From the NCBI GenBank assembly GCA_007376405.1, contig VMGD01000003.1, forward strand, positions 336 to 64,335: a DNA stretch of 64,000 bases, in the 5' to 3' direction. The notes beneath the pieces were generated by a model. That model was not told the DNA's origin, did no database searches, and saw only the letters and a list, made by a program, of their open reading frames with translations. Every line of letters starts with the position of its first letter. Position 1 is the first letter of the stretch. A program made the position numbers and the translations under genes. This DNA comes from Microgenomates group bacterium Gr01-1014_7 (lineage in GTDB: Bacteria; Patescibacteriota; Microgenomatia; Daviesbacterales; UBA10151). Positions 1 to 9,439 of this stretch are shown here, in pieces.

Positions 1-2
1 TA

Positions 3-179
3 GACTTTAAAACAAAACTCTTCACCTTTTCTCCTGCCAATATTGCTCAAAAACTAGAAGCCGAGTACCTGTCTGGTGGGGTGCTCCCAGTGAAAGACAT
101 ATTTGCTGAGTACAACTTTTTAAAAGATCTGTTATTTGACCGAGAAACCAATGGAGAAAAATATGAGCTACCTATCTAA
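3..179 (+). CDS. 3' end of a small hypothetical gene of the integrated element (partial, truncated by window edge)
   Basis: Frame open from base 3 to TAA 177-179 (DFKTKLFTFSPANIAQKLEAEYLSGGVLPVKDIFAEYNFLKDLLFDRE...); overlaps the start of the primase. Confidence 0.4.
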   Translation, partial: DFKTKLFTFSPANIAQKLEAEYLSGGVLPVKDIFAEYNFLKDLLFDRETNGEKYELPI

Positions 180-2310
180 TCACGGTATTTCCAAAGACCA
201 ACAACAAAAGTTTGGCATCATTGAAGACACTGATAAGGTCACATTTCCCTATAAAGACAAGGAGGGTAATTTCCTTTTCAATAAATATCGCCATCTTGAT
301 CAAAGATCCTTGGAAAATGGTAAAAAATTTAGCTTTAGTTCTGGATATAAACCTGTTCTATTTAATATTCAGGCATTAGATCAGGATTATGTTGTATATG
401 CAGAAGGAGAACCAGATGTTGTCAGATCAGATCAAGAAGGCATCCCTACTGTATCTGGAAGTACAGGGGCAGCTACTTTTAATAAAGATTGGGTACCAGA
501 TTTTATAGGCAAAAGAGTGTATATCTGCCTAGATAATGATGATACTGGTCGAGAGGGGGCTCGGAAAGTTGCAGAACTATTATTAAGAGGAAGTGTGGAA
601 GAAGTTTACCAGTTAACACTTCCAGAAGATTGCAAGGACATATGTGAGTTTTATAGTAAGGGTCACACAAAAGAAGAATTTCTCAATTTACTAGAAAACG
701 CCCAGAGGGCTAAGCTGGAAGATTTTAAAGATACCCAAAACCAAGATGACTCACTGGAAGATGAGTCTGGAGATAAAGAAGAGAATGAGTCCATCACGAA
801 ACAGGTAATTAAGTTAGTTTTAGAAAGCGGAGCTAAATTATTTCATGATCAATTCAATGATTCATATTTAGCTCCAACTGGAAATGGTCAGTTAGTTTTT
901 CGGTTAAAATCTAAACAGGCAAAAAGCTGGCTAAGTTATCTTACTTGGAAATATATTGGATTATCCTTAAGCTCACATCCCCTCAACTCAACAATTCTAA
1001 CCCTTGAGGCTATGGCTTGTTATGAAGGACCACAGATCTCGTTAGCTATTAGAGTAGCCAAAGAGGGAGAGATTATATGGTATGACTTAGGAGGTAAAAC
1101 AATTAAAATTACTTCTGAAGGCTGGGACATTGTCGAAGAATCACCCATCTTATTTAGGCGTTTCCCTCATCAAAAATACCAGATTGAGCCCAAGAGTGGT
1201 AATAAATTAGATGAATTATTAGATTTTATTAATTTAGAACGACAAGCTGATGGAAGGTTGAGCGACGAACAACTACTGACACTTTGTTGGTTAGTATTTG
1301 GTTTAGTACCAGGGCTGCCCCACCCAGCTCTAGTTCTATATGGTTCACAAGGGTCTAAAAAGACTACTCTACATAAGATTTTAAAAGAGCTTCTTGATCC
1401 ATCTTCAATAGAGGTTAATGGTAGCCAGAAAAATATAACTGAGTTTGTCCAAACAGTTTCCCACCACTGGTTTTTAGTCCTTGATAATATGACTTATCTA
1501 CCAGAGTGGCTTTCGGATGCCATGTGCAGGGTTATCAGTGGAGGCGGACTTTCTAAAAGAGAGTTGCATTCCGACGACGATGATATACTCTACAACTTCC
1601 GACATATTGTAGGCATAAATGGGATTAATTTAATGATCGAAAAGGCAGATCTCTATGAACGCTCCCTTATATTTGTACTCAAAAGAATTAAAAAGTTTAA
1701 AACAGAAAAATTGTTCTGGGCTCAGTTTGAAGAGAGAAAACCCTACATTTTAGGAGCGTTATTTGACACATTAGTTAAGACACTGCAAATAATCTCTACT
1801 ACTCCAGAACCAGAAGGGGAATTTAGAATGGCTGATTTTGCCCATTGGGGACCAACCATAGCTCAAGCTCTAGGTTATGAGGCAAATGATTTTCTGAAGG
1901 CATATAAAGCTAATATTTATAAACAAAACAAAGAAGCTCTTGAAGCTAGTCCAGTCGGATTAGCTGTAATAGACCTCATGTCTGACCAAGACCGCTGGAG
2001 CGGAACTCCCACTGAACTATTATCAGAATTAGATAAGATTGCCCTTAAGCTCCGCATAGACCAAGATCATAAATCATGGCCAAAAGATGCTAGGTGGGTA
2101 TGGCGACGTATTAGCGAGGTATTACCAAACCTTGAAGAGGAAGGTATTAAAGCTAGTAAGGGCAAGGATGACGCTAGGTTGATAATCCTTGAGAAGACCC
2201 TAACAAATGATGTCGGTAATGACAATGATGGCGGTCAGATTCCTAATAATCAGGTTCAATCGGACATTAAAGACAACAAAGGCGACATTTTTGGGGGAGG
2301 GGTGGATTAG
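136..2310 (+). CDS. TOPRIM-domain primase fused to a P-loop ATPase/helicase-like domain (mobile-element replication protein)
   Basis: TOPRIM motifs YAEGEPD and ICLDNDDTG; degenerate Walker A GSQGSKKT and LVLDN; real start may be ATG 151 or 163. Confidence 0.8.
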   Translation: MTEKPMEKNMSYLSNHGISKDQQQKFGIIEDTDKVTFPYKDKEGNFLFNKYRHLDQRSLENGKKFSFSSGYKPVLFNIQALDQDYVVYAEGEPDVVRSDQEGIPTVSGSTGAATFNKDWVPDFIGKRVYICLDNDDTGREGARKVAELLLRGSVEEVYQLTLPEDCKDICEFYSKGHTKEEFLNLLENAQRAKLEDFKDTQNQDDSLEDESGDKEENESITKQVIKLVLESGAKLFHDQFNDSYLAPTGNGQLVFRLKSKQAKSWLSYLTWKYIGLSLSSHPLNSTILTLEAMACYEGPQISLAIRVAKEGEIIWYDLGGKTIKITSEGWDIVEESPILFRRFPHQKYQIEPKSGNKLDELLDFINLERQADGRLSDEQLLTLCWLVFGLVPGLPHPALVLYGSQGSKKTTLHKILKELLDPSSIEVNGSQKNITEFVQTVSHHWFLVLDNMTYLPEWLSDAMCRVISGGGLSKRELHSDDDDILYNFRHIVGINGINLMIEKADLYERSLIFVLKRIKKFKTEKLFWAQFEERKPYILGALFDTLVKTLQIISTTPEPEGEFRMADFAHWGPTIAQALGYEANDFLKAYKANIYKQNKEALEASPVGLAVIDLMSDQDRWSGTPTELLSELDKIALKLRIDQDHKSWPKDARWVWRRISEVLPNLEEEGIKASKGKDDARLIILEKTLTNDVGNDNDGGQIPNNQVQSDIKDNKGDIFGGGVD

Positions 2311-2314
2311 AGCG

Positions 2315-2509
2315 ATGATTAGTGCTGAGGCTGTTGAAGAGTTTAAAAGGCTATATTTCAGAGAGCATGGTATGAAACTTACCAATGAACAGGCAGTAGA
2401 CATGGGGAATAAACTTATTAGGCTAGTCAAGGTCGTTTTTGGCCCTAATCTACCTGAAGAATGGAAACCCCAGAAACTTGACTCTGTAGGGCCTAAAAAG
2501 GTACGATAA
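2315..2509 (+). CDS. Small hypothetical protein directly upstream of the recombinase (candidate directionality factor)
   Basis: MISAEAVEEFKRLYFREHGMKLTNEQA...; ATG 2315 follows the primase stop; function inferred from position only. Confidence 0.55.
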   Translation: MISAEAVEEFKRLYFREHGMKLTNEQAVDMGNKLIRLVKVVFGPNLPEEWKPQKLDSVGPKKVR

Positions 2510-2513
2510 TTCT

Positions 2514-4340
2514 ATGAATACTGCAGATTTTGTTCTAACCTATGGTGCCTATTCCAGAAGATCCTCTGAAGATTATGAGGATCGCCAAGTTGCTTCAATC
2601 GAAAGCCAGGAAAGAGAATTAAAGGAAGTTAAAGAAAGGTTAAACCTTAATGTTAAACAGCTTGTTTCAGAGTCGAGAAGTGCCCATACCATAGGACGTC
2701 CAGTATTTAATCAGCTTTTGGCTGACCTAGAAGATGGAGTAATAAATGCCATTTTAACCTACCACCCAAATCGTTTGTGCCGAAACGCATTTGACGCAGG
2801 AAGGCTGATTTATTTAATGGACGAGGGTAAACTCTTAGAGATTAGAACTCCATCACGAGTCTTTAAAAATACACCAGAAGATAAATTTATGCTTAATCTT
2901 GAGTTTGGGATTAGTAAAAAAGACAGTGACGACAAATCTGTGGTGGTCAAAAGAGGGCTTAGAAATAAGATAGAGCTAGGCTGGAGACCAGGTGTGGCTC
3001 CACATGGCTATCTGAATGATCGAGCTACAGAATCGGGCCACCGTAGAATATTAATTGACCCAGAAAGATTTGAGTTTATTAAACAAATATTTCAACTCAA
3101 ATATAAAGGTGTTCCAACTATGGAGATTCTTAGAATTGTCAATGAAGATTGGAAATTTAAAACTAGACCAAAAAAAAGATACCCTTCAGAACCACTTTCC
3201 TGCAGTAGTCTTTATAAGCTTTTAGGCAATCCTTTTTATTGTGGTAAATATTTTTATAGTGGGCAGTGGCATGAAGGAGCTCACGAGAAAGCTGTTGAAC
3301 CAGACATTTTTGACCAAATACAGATAATGTTAGGAGATAAAGGTTGCAGAAGACAACCAAAAACTCATGAATTTGCTTATACAGGAATGGTTAGATGTGG
3401 TGAATGCTCTGGTATGGTTACGGCTGAGGAGAAATGGCAAATAATTTGTTCAAAATGCAGGAATAAGTTTGCTCTGACAAGAAAAAACAGTTCTATATGT
3501 CCAGAATGTAATACTTTAATTGAAGAGATGGATCAACCAAGGATTTTGTACTACTCTTATTATCATTGCGGGAAAAAGATAAAACCCTGTTCTCAAAAAT
3601 CAATTGAAGTTACTGATCTTGAAGAACAAATCCAATTAATATTGGGTAGTATTGAGATTTCAGATTTTTTCTTATCTTGGGCTGTTGCAGAAATCCATAA
3701 GGATTTAGAGTCTGAAAAGGATTTTAGGGAGGATAAGGTTAAATCTGTACAAAGAGCTCATGAGGAATGCAGGTCTAAACTAGATAACCTGCTTAAGCTC
3801 AAAATTTCTCCTCTTAATTCTGATGGTAGTTTGATGAGTGATGAGAAGTTTAAGACCGAAAAACAGGCTCTAGAGACCGAATTAACAGGGTTGGAGAAAC
3901 AATTAAACGAAGTTGACAATAGGATGATACAAAAGGCTCAGGAAGCTGTGGATAAGTTTGATTTTGCTGCTAACGCCAAGGCTAGATTTGAAACTGATGA
4001 TCTGGCTGTTAAACGTGAGATACTTTCAACTCTTGGGTCGAACCTTACCTTAAAAGATAAAAAACTGGATTTACAGCCTCATCCAATACTCAACGCTATT
4101 AAAAAGATAAGGGAGGAAGAACCAAAAGTATCAAGAGGAGTAGAACCTTCAAATCAGCCTTTCACAAAAGCCCAAATGGATGCCTTTTACTCCTCAAATA
4201 TCACCGTGTTGCGGGGGCGGGAGTCGAACCCGCTGCCTCAAGATTATGCACTTAACTTGCATTACTGCAAGGGTAGGACTATATCATCACCCTGTACCGG
4301 ACGGTACGGGGCCCGGCGTGTAGTCTCTACGGGGTCCTAG
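2514..4340 (+). CDS. Large serine recombinase (resolvase + recombinase + Zn ribbon + coiled coil)
   Basis: YSRRSSE catalytic Ser motif, HPNRLCRN, GWRPGVAPHGY, NPFYCG, several CxxC; C-terminus reads through the antisense tRNA. Confidence 0.92.
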   Translation: MNTADFVLTYGAYSRRSSEDYEDRQVASIESQERELKEVKERLNLNVKQLVSESRSAHTIGRPVFNQLLADLEDGVINAILTYHPNRLCRNAFDAGRLIYLMDEGKLLEIRTPSRVFKNTPEDKFMLNLEFGISKKDSDDKSVVVKRGLRNKIELGWRPGVAPHGYLNDRATESGHRRILIDPERFEFIKQIFQLKYKGVPTMEILRIVNEDWKFKTRPKKRYPSEPLSCSSLYKLLGNPFYCGKYFYSGQWHEGAHEKAVEPDIFDQIQIMLGDKGCRRQPKTHEFAYTGMVRCGECSGMVTAEEKWQIICSKCRNKFALTRKNSSICPECNTLIEEMDQPRILYYSYYHCGKKIKPCSQKSIEVTDLEEQIQLILGSIEISDFFLSWAVAEIHKDLESEKDFREDKVKSVQRAHEECRSKLDNLLKLKISPLNSDGSLMSDEKFKTEKQALETELTGLEKQLNEVDNRMIQKAQEAVDKFDFAANAKARFETDDLAVKREILSTLGSNLTLKDKKLDLQPHPILNAIKKIREEEPKVSRGVEPSNQPFTKAQMDAFYSSNITVLRGRESNPLPQDYALNLHYCKGRTISSPCTGRYGARRVVSTGS

Positions 4341-4469
4341 TGTTAATCGAAGGACTTCCCTCGGTATTACCCTAATAGGGTTTCACCGATATAGCCAAGT
4401 TCTCTCCGATAGTTACCCATCGGAGGGCCCATATTTGAGCCTTGTGTGCAGCCGTTACACTTCCCCGCG
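4209..4469 (-). tRNA. tRNA-Met(CAU), initiator type, split by a group I intron (exons 4438-4469 and 4209-4248)
   Basis: Spliced sequence CGCGGGG-AA-GTGT..GCAC-A-CAAGG-CT^CATAA-TCTTG..GCGGG-TTCGACT-CCCGC-CCCCGCA-A; C1:A72 mismatch; no encoded CCA. Confidence 0.9.
4249..4437 (-). ncRNA. Group I self-splicing intron (189 nt, no ORF) between U33 and the anticodon
   Basis: Follows exon U and ends in G; P1 GGCU/GGCC with U.G pair; P2 CTCCGATGG-GTAA-CTATCGGAG; P7 GAGACTA/ATAGTCC; P9 CTTGCA-GTAA-TGCAAG. Confidence 0.9.
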
Positions 4470-4490
4470 ATATTTAAAAGAACAGACTGT

Positions 4491-4519
4491 ATTTTAACTT
4501 TACTTTTAGTTTATGTCAA
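4491..4519 (-). promoter_or_regulatory. Sigma70-type promoter of the intron-containing tRNA
   Basis: TTGACA-17 nt-TAAAAT on the minus strand. Confidence 0.65.
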
Positions 4520-4588
4520 TTAAAATATGCTTGACAACGTATTCGAAATAATGTAATGTGGATATACATCCCATATAACAGTAATTCT

Positions 4589-5266
4589 ATGAAACGTAAA
4601 ATTGAAGAATACAAACGGGCATTAATATTAAGAGGAAAGGGTAAAAGTATTAAACAAATAGCAAGAATACTGGGAGTAAGCGTGAGTATTGTGAGCGTGT
4701 GGTGCAGGGGAGTAAGGCTTACTGACAAGCAAATAGAGAACTTAAAAAGAAGAAAAATAAGAATTAGACATTTAAGGAAATTGGCTAGACAAAGTCATTT
4801 GGAAAAAGTAAAAAGAGTACAAAAACTTTTTCAAATCGCCAAAGCTGAAGTTGGCCCTCTTTCTGATAGGGAAATCTTCTTAACAGGGCTTGCACTTTAT
4901 TGGGCAGAAGGCTTTAAAAGTTTAAAGGAAGCTAGATTAGGCTTCTGTAATTCTGATCCTGCTATGATAAAGTTTATAATTAGATGGCTCAAAAAAGGCT
5001 TAAAAGTAAAGCAGGAAGATTTCATTTTAAGGACTGAATTTAATCTTTCACATAAAGATAGAGAGGAAGAAATTAAAATTTATTGGTCCAAAATTACAGG
5101 CGTACCCTTAACTCAATTTGAAAAACCATTTTACCATCAATCAAACTGGTTAAGAGAATATCCTAGTAGGGATAATTATTTTGGAGTTTTAAGAATCAGG
5201 GTGCGTAAAAGCAGTGAATTATTAAATAAAATGAGGGGATGGATAAGCGGTTTAGCGGTAATTTAG
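4589..5266 (+). CDS. HTH + LAGLIDADG-like (homing-endonuclease-like) protein, divergent from tRNA-Met
   Basis: N-terminal HTH (GKSIKQIARILGVSVSIVSVW), TGLALYWAEG motif, FCNSDP; ORF track start is 4556. Confidence 0.65.
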   Translation: MKRKIEEYKRALILRGKGKSIKQIARILGVSVSIVSVWCRGVRLTDKQIENLKRRKIRIRHLRKLARQSHLEKVKRVQKLFQIAKAEVGPLSDREIFLTGLALYWAEGFKSLKEARLGFCNSDPAMIKFIIRWLKKGLKVKQEDFILRTEFNLSHKDREEEIKIYWSKITGVPLTQFEKPFYHQSNWLREYPSRDNYFGVLRIRVRKSSELLNKMRGWISGLAVI

Positions 5267-5284
5267 CAATGATATAATCTAATT

Positions 5285-5803
5285 ATGAAAGTAGTTTTAT
5301 CCGTAGCCACTTCTCTAAACGGAATAATTGCTACGGAAGACGGAAGTGAAGATTTTTTATCTCATGAAAATTGGTTAGCATTTGTTAAATTAGCACAGAA
5401 AATTGGCAATAATATTTGGGGACGAAAAACATACCAAACTGTAAAAAATTGGCCAAAAGAATATTTTAATAGCCTAAATAGTGTAGTAAAGGTTATTATT
5501 TCAACGGATGAATCGTTGGAATTATTGCCTGGTTTTACAAGAGTTAGTTCTCCACAGGAAGCAATAGGCTATCTATCTAGTCAAGGTTTTAAAGAAGCGC
5601 TTGTGACGGGAGGGAGCACAATCTACAGTAGTTTCCTAAGGGAAAATTTAGTAGACGAGATTATCGTTGATGTTAATCCAACTATATTAGGCAAGGGAAT
5701 AGCAGCTTTTGATTTTGAAGGATCAATAGTTCGAATGAAGCCAATAAAAGTAAAGAAACTGAAGGATGGGATAATGGAGATATATTATAAAGTATTAAAA
5801 TAG
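5285..5803 (+). CDS. Dihydrofolate reductase-like / RibD C-terminal domain protein
   Basis: ATSLNGIIA, WGRKTY, VTGGSTI, VDEI..PTILGKG. Confidence 0.85.
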   Translation: MKVVLSVATSLNGIIATEDGSEDFLSHENWLAFVKLAQKIGNNIWGRKTYQTVKNWPKEYFNSLNSVVKVIISTDESLELLPGFTRVSSPQEAIGYLSSQGFKEALVTGGSTIYSSFLRENLVDEIIVDVNPTILGKGIAAFDFEGSIVRMKPIKVKKLKDGIMEIYYKVLK

Positions 5804-5870
5804 ACTTCAAAAATTGAAAAATTTTGTTCGTCTGCTTGACTACATTAATCGCTTGATCTACTCTTAAATT

Positions 5871-7238
5871 ATGACCAGAAAACTGCTCAAAAAAGTGGCT
5901 GAAGCCCCGGCTGTAGCTCTGGAGCAGAGCATTAATACTTCAAGAAGACTAGTTAAAGCATTCAGAAATCAAAAAGAGGTGGTTAAAGCCAGAAGTTACT
6001 GGAAAACTCTGGGTCCGGGTTTAACAACAGGTGCTGCGGATGATGACCCTTCAGGAATTGCAACTTATTCCCAGGCAGGCGCAGGATACGGGTTTAATTT
6101 TTTATGGACTGCTGCCTTTACCTTTCCTTTCATGGCCATTGTTCAGGAGATGTGTGCCAGAATTGGTCTTGTTACAGGCAGGGGTTTGGCAGGGTCAATC
6201 AGATTATTTTTCCCCAAATGGGTTTTATATACCTGTACTCTTTTGCTTTTTGCAGCCAATTCCTTAAACATTGGAGCGGATTTAGGGGCAATGTCCAAAG
6301 CTACCCAGCTTTTATACCCTAATTTTAATTTTGAATTTTTGGTTTTGGCATTTGCCCTTTTTAGTCTGGCCCTTCAGATTTTTACCACCTATGAAAAGTA
6401 CGCCAAATACTTGAAATGGTTGGCTTTGGTACTTCTGGCTTATGTATTTTCAGCGCTATCAGCCAATTTAAACTTTGAGGAGATTGCCATGAATGCGGTT
6501 TTACCCTCAATTAAGTTTAGCAAAGACCAGATATTCATGATTACGGCCATATTGGGTACAACTATTTCTCCATATTTATTCTTCTGGCAAACTTCCCAGG
6601 AAGTGGAAGAGCAGATACTGGGTGGAAGAACAACTTTAAAACTGCGTGAGGGTGCTACAGATAAGGAAATTTCCGATATGAGGCTGGATGTATGGTCAGG
6701 TATGTTTTTATCAAATTTGGTTATGTTTTTTATTATTGCCGCATGTGGAGCAATTTTATTTCCGGCCGGCATCACAACTATTACTTCTGCCGGGCAGGCA
6801 GCAGAGGCCTTAAGGCCCTTTGCAGGGGACTTTTCATATCTGCTTTTTGCAGTAGGGATTATTGGCACAGGTCTTTTGGCAATTCCCATTCTGGCAGGAT
6901 CAGCTTCATATGCGCTATCTGAAAGTTTTGGATGGAAATCCGGGCTTTACAGAAAGCTAAAAGAAGCCAATGCTTTTTATGGCACAATCATTATCTCCAC
7001 TTTAATTGGCCTGGGGATTAATTTTATTGGATTTGACCCAATTAAGACTTTAATTTATTCCGCTGTGATAAATGGTTTAATTGCTCCTGTTATTTTAGTT
7101 TTAATTATTTTATTGAGTAACAGTAAAAAAGTTATGGGGGAGCGGGTCAATAACCCCGCTATTACTGCTTTAGGCTGGTTTATTACATTAGTTATGATCG
7201 TGGCAGGAGCCGCAACTATATCTTCGCTCCTTCCTTAA
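5871..7238 (+). CDS. NRAMP-family divalent metal transporter
   Basis: GPGLTTGAADDDPSGIATYSQAG and GTTISPY motifs; multiple TM segments. Confidence 0.9.
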   Translation: MTRKLLKKVAEAPAVALEQSINTSRRLVKAFRNQKEVVKARSYWKTLGPGLTTGAADDDPSGIATYSQAGAGYGFNFLWTAAFTFPFMAIVQEMCARIGLVTGRGLAGSIRLFFPKWVLYTCTLLLFAANSLNIGADLGAMSKATQLLYPNFNFEFLVLAFALFSLALQIFTTYEKYAKYLKWLALVLLAYVFSALSANLNFEEIAMNAVLPSIKFSKDQIFMITAILGTTISPYLFFWQTSQEVEEQILGGRTTLKLREGATDKEISDMRLDVWSGMFLSNLVMFFIIAACGAILFPAGITTITSAGQAAEALRPFAGDFSYLLFAVGIIGTGLLAIPILAGSASYALSESFGWKSGLYRKLKEANAFYGTIIISTLIGLGINFIGFDPIKTLIYSAVINGLIAPVILVLIILLSNSKKVMGERVNNPAITALGWFITLVMIVAGAATISSLLP

Positions 7239-7323
7239 AAGAGAAATAATTGTTTGAACAAATAATCAGATGGTCCAATAAAGTAATGCCTAAAATTTCT
7301 CCTGCAGCCTGAACTCTTTTGAT
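7216..7323 (-). pseudogene. radC: C-terminal remnant of a RadC/JAB-family gene
   Basis: Minus strand reads IKRVQAAGEILGITLLDHLIICSNNYFSFKEGAKI*, the typical RadC tail; upstream part absent. Confidence 0.75.
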
Positions 7324-7361
7324 ACTTGACTTCCAAATAAAACCCGTAATATACTGGAAGT

Positions 7362-8111
7362 ATGGCAAAATCTCTTTTAAGATTGGAAGCACATAAACTA
7401 CGTAAGAAGGGTATAAGTGTTAGAAAAATCGCCCAAACACTAGGTATTTCTAAAAGTACAATAAGTCATTGGACAAGGGATATTATCTTAACGGTAGAAC
7501 AGCTAGAGGCGCTTAGATAATCAACTATAAAAGGTGCAGAACTAGGTCGTTTAAAAGGGGCCTTAATGCAGAAAAAGAGAAGATTAAGAATGGTTGAGGA
7601 GGCAAATAAAGCAGGAATCGATTTTTTATCTTCACTCACAGAACGAGAATTCTTAATAGCAGGTTTGGCGCTCTATTGGGGAGAGGGACACAAAAAGAGT
7701 CGTAATAGGGTTGGATTTTGTAATTCTGATCCTAAGATGATAAAATTCTTAATACTTTGGTTGGTTAAGTATTTAGGAGTAAAACTTGCCGATTTAAGAT
7801 GTAGAGTTGGAATTAATGTCATTCATACCAAAAGAGAACAAGTAGTAAGAGAATATTGGTCTAAGATAATTGGTATACCATTAAGCCAATTTAATAGTAC
7901 CAGCTTTAAAAAAGTTAATAACAAAAAGATTTATGAAAATTTTAATGAGCATTATGGAACTTTAGATATAGGTGTGGTGAAACCTACGCCTCTTTATTAT
8001 AGAATAATGGGTTTGATCGAGGGTTTAGCATGCCAGGGTAGCTCAGTGGGAGAGCACAGGATTCATATCCCTGCGGTCGCGAGTTCGATCCTCGCCCCTG
8101 GTACAAATTAA
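7362..8111 (+). pseudogene. Second HTH + LAGLIDADG-like gene with one in-frame TAA (7518-7520), reading through tRNA-Met
   Basis: ATG 7362 gives MAKSLLRLEAHKLRKKGISVRKIAQTLGISKSTISHW..., in frame with the 7566 ORF (AGLALYWGEG, FCNSDP); paralog of 4589-5266. Confidence 0.7.
8032..8103 (+). tRNA. tRNA with CAU anticodon (probably elongator Met; Ile2 not excluded)
   Basis: GCCAGGG/CCCTGGT acceptor, GCTC/GAGC D stem, TTCATAT loop, GCGAG-TTCGATC-CTCGC T arm. Confidence 0.88.
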
Positions 8112-8139
8112 GTTAAAAGTGTAAAGTTAAAAGTGAAAA

Positions 8140-9432
8140 ATGAAAATAATAGTGCTTGCAGCAGGGTCTGGTAAAAGGATGTGGCCCATACAAAAAGATA
8201 AATGTTTGATTCCTTTTTTGGGAAAGCCTCTTTTATATCATAATCTTAAAAAAATTAAAGGTGTCCTAAATCCGGAAGAGTTTATTATAGTTGCCCGGCC
8301 GGAAAGCAAAGATAAAATTCTGGAGGTTATCAAGCAGCTTGGAATTACCGGCACAATTGCCATTCAGCAGGAGTCCAAAGGAATGGCAGATGCTATTTTA
8401 TCAGCCAGAGAGCTGGTAGAGGGAGAAGTTTTAGTTATTAATGCGGAAGATATAGTTGACCCGGATCTCTATGCACAGGTAGCCAAAGGGGAAGAGGAAG
8501 TAGTGTTAGCAGGGCTGAAAGTGGATAAGTATTTCCCGGGAGGATATATAAAGGTAACAGGCAACAGGGTACAGGAGATAGTGGAGAAGCCGGGGGAGGG
8601 AAACGAGCCGTCGGATTTAGTTAAATTAGTGGTTGATTATTTTAAGAATGGTAAAAAACTAATTGAATATCTGCAAAAGGCCTCAAGTGATAAAGATGAC
8701 CGGTATGAAGTAGCCCTGGCAAATATGATTTCGGATGGGGTAGATATCAGGGTTATAAAATATAACGGAATTTGGATTCCTCTTAAATATCCCTGGCAGA
8801 TTTTAGATATACTGGGTTACTTTTTAGATAATATTGAACAAAGAATTTCCCCGGGGGCAAAAATTGCCAAAACAGCTGAAATTTCCGGAAAAGTGATCAT
8901 AGAAGATGGGGTTAGGATCTTTGAAGGAGCTGTTATTAAAGGCCCGTGTTATATAGGGAAAAACTGCATTATTGGCAATAACACCATGGTTAGGGAATCA
9001 GCTTTGGAGGAAGGTTGTGTCACCGGATTTAACTCGGATATTACCAGGAGCTATATTGGTGCAGAGAGTTGGTTTCATACCAATTATATTGGAGACTGCG
9101 TAATAGAAGGGGATTTTGGTATGGGGTCAGGGGCAGTGCTGGCTAATTTAAGATTGGATGATCATACAATAAGAGTTAAGATAGAGGGAGAGCTGATTGA
9201 TTCCGACAGGCACAAACTTGGATTGATTGCAGGTAAAGGTTCCCGTGTAGGTGTTAATGCCTCAACCATGCCGGGAGTAAAAATAGGGGCTAATTCTTTA
9301 GTTGGTCCGGGAGTTACTCTGTATGAGGATGTGAAAGATAATACTAAAATACTGGTTAAACAGGAATATTCTGTTTCCGAACACACCCCGGCCTTAACCA
9401 GCTATGATCAATTCAGGGAAAAACTGAATTAG
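8140..9432 (+). CDS. Bifunctional sugar-1-phosphate nucleotidylyltransferase/acetyltransferase (GlmU-like)
   Basis: LAAGSGKRM, IVEKP, C-terminal hexapeptide repeats. Confidence 0.85.
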   Translation: MKIIVLAAGSGKRMWPIQKDKCLIPFLGKPLLYHNLKKIKGVLNPEEFIIVARPESKDKILEVIKQLGITGTIAIQQESKGMADAILSARELVEGEVLVINAEDIVDPDLYAQVAKGEEEVVLAGLKVDKYFPGGYIKVTGNRVQEIVEKPGEGNEPSDLVKLVVDYFKNGKKLIEYLQKASSDKDDRYEVALANMISDGVDIRVIKYNGIWIPLKYPWQILDILGYFLDNIEQRISPGAKIAKTAEISGKVIIEDGVRIFEGAVIKGPCYIGKNCIIGNNTMVRESALEEGCVTGFNSDITRSYIGAESWFHTNYIGDCVIEGDFGMGSGAVLANLRLDDHTIRVKIEGELIDSDRHKLGLIAGKGSRVGVNASTMPGVKIGANSLVGPGVTLYEDVKDNTKILVKQEYSVSEHTPALTSYDQFREKLN

Positions 9433-9439
9433 GTTCCAA

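Larger units (their letters stand above)
1..4208. mobile_element. Right part of an integrated element (prophage/plasmid-like) at the 3' end of tRNA-Met
   Basis: Primase-ATPase + small ORF + large serine recombinase running into the tRNA 3' end; other boundary lies outside the window. Confidence 0.75.

Noticed and set aside
7518-7520. Stop-codon reassignment as the explanation for the in-frame stop
   Set aside because: TAA, TAG and TGA all terminate conserved genes here; code 11 fits
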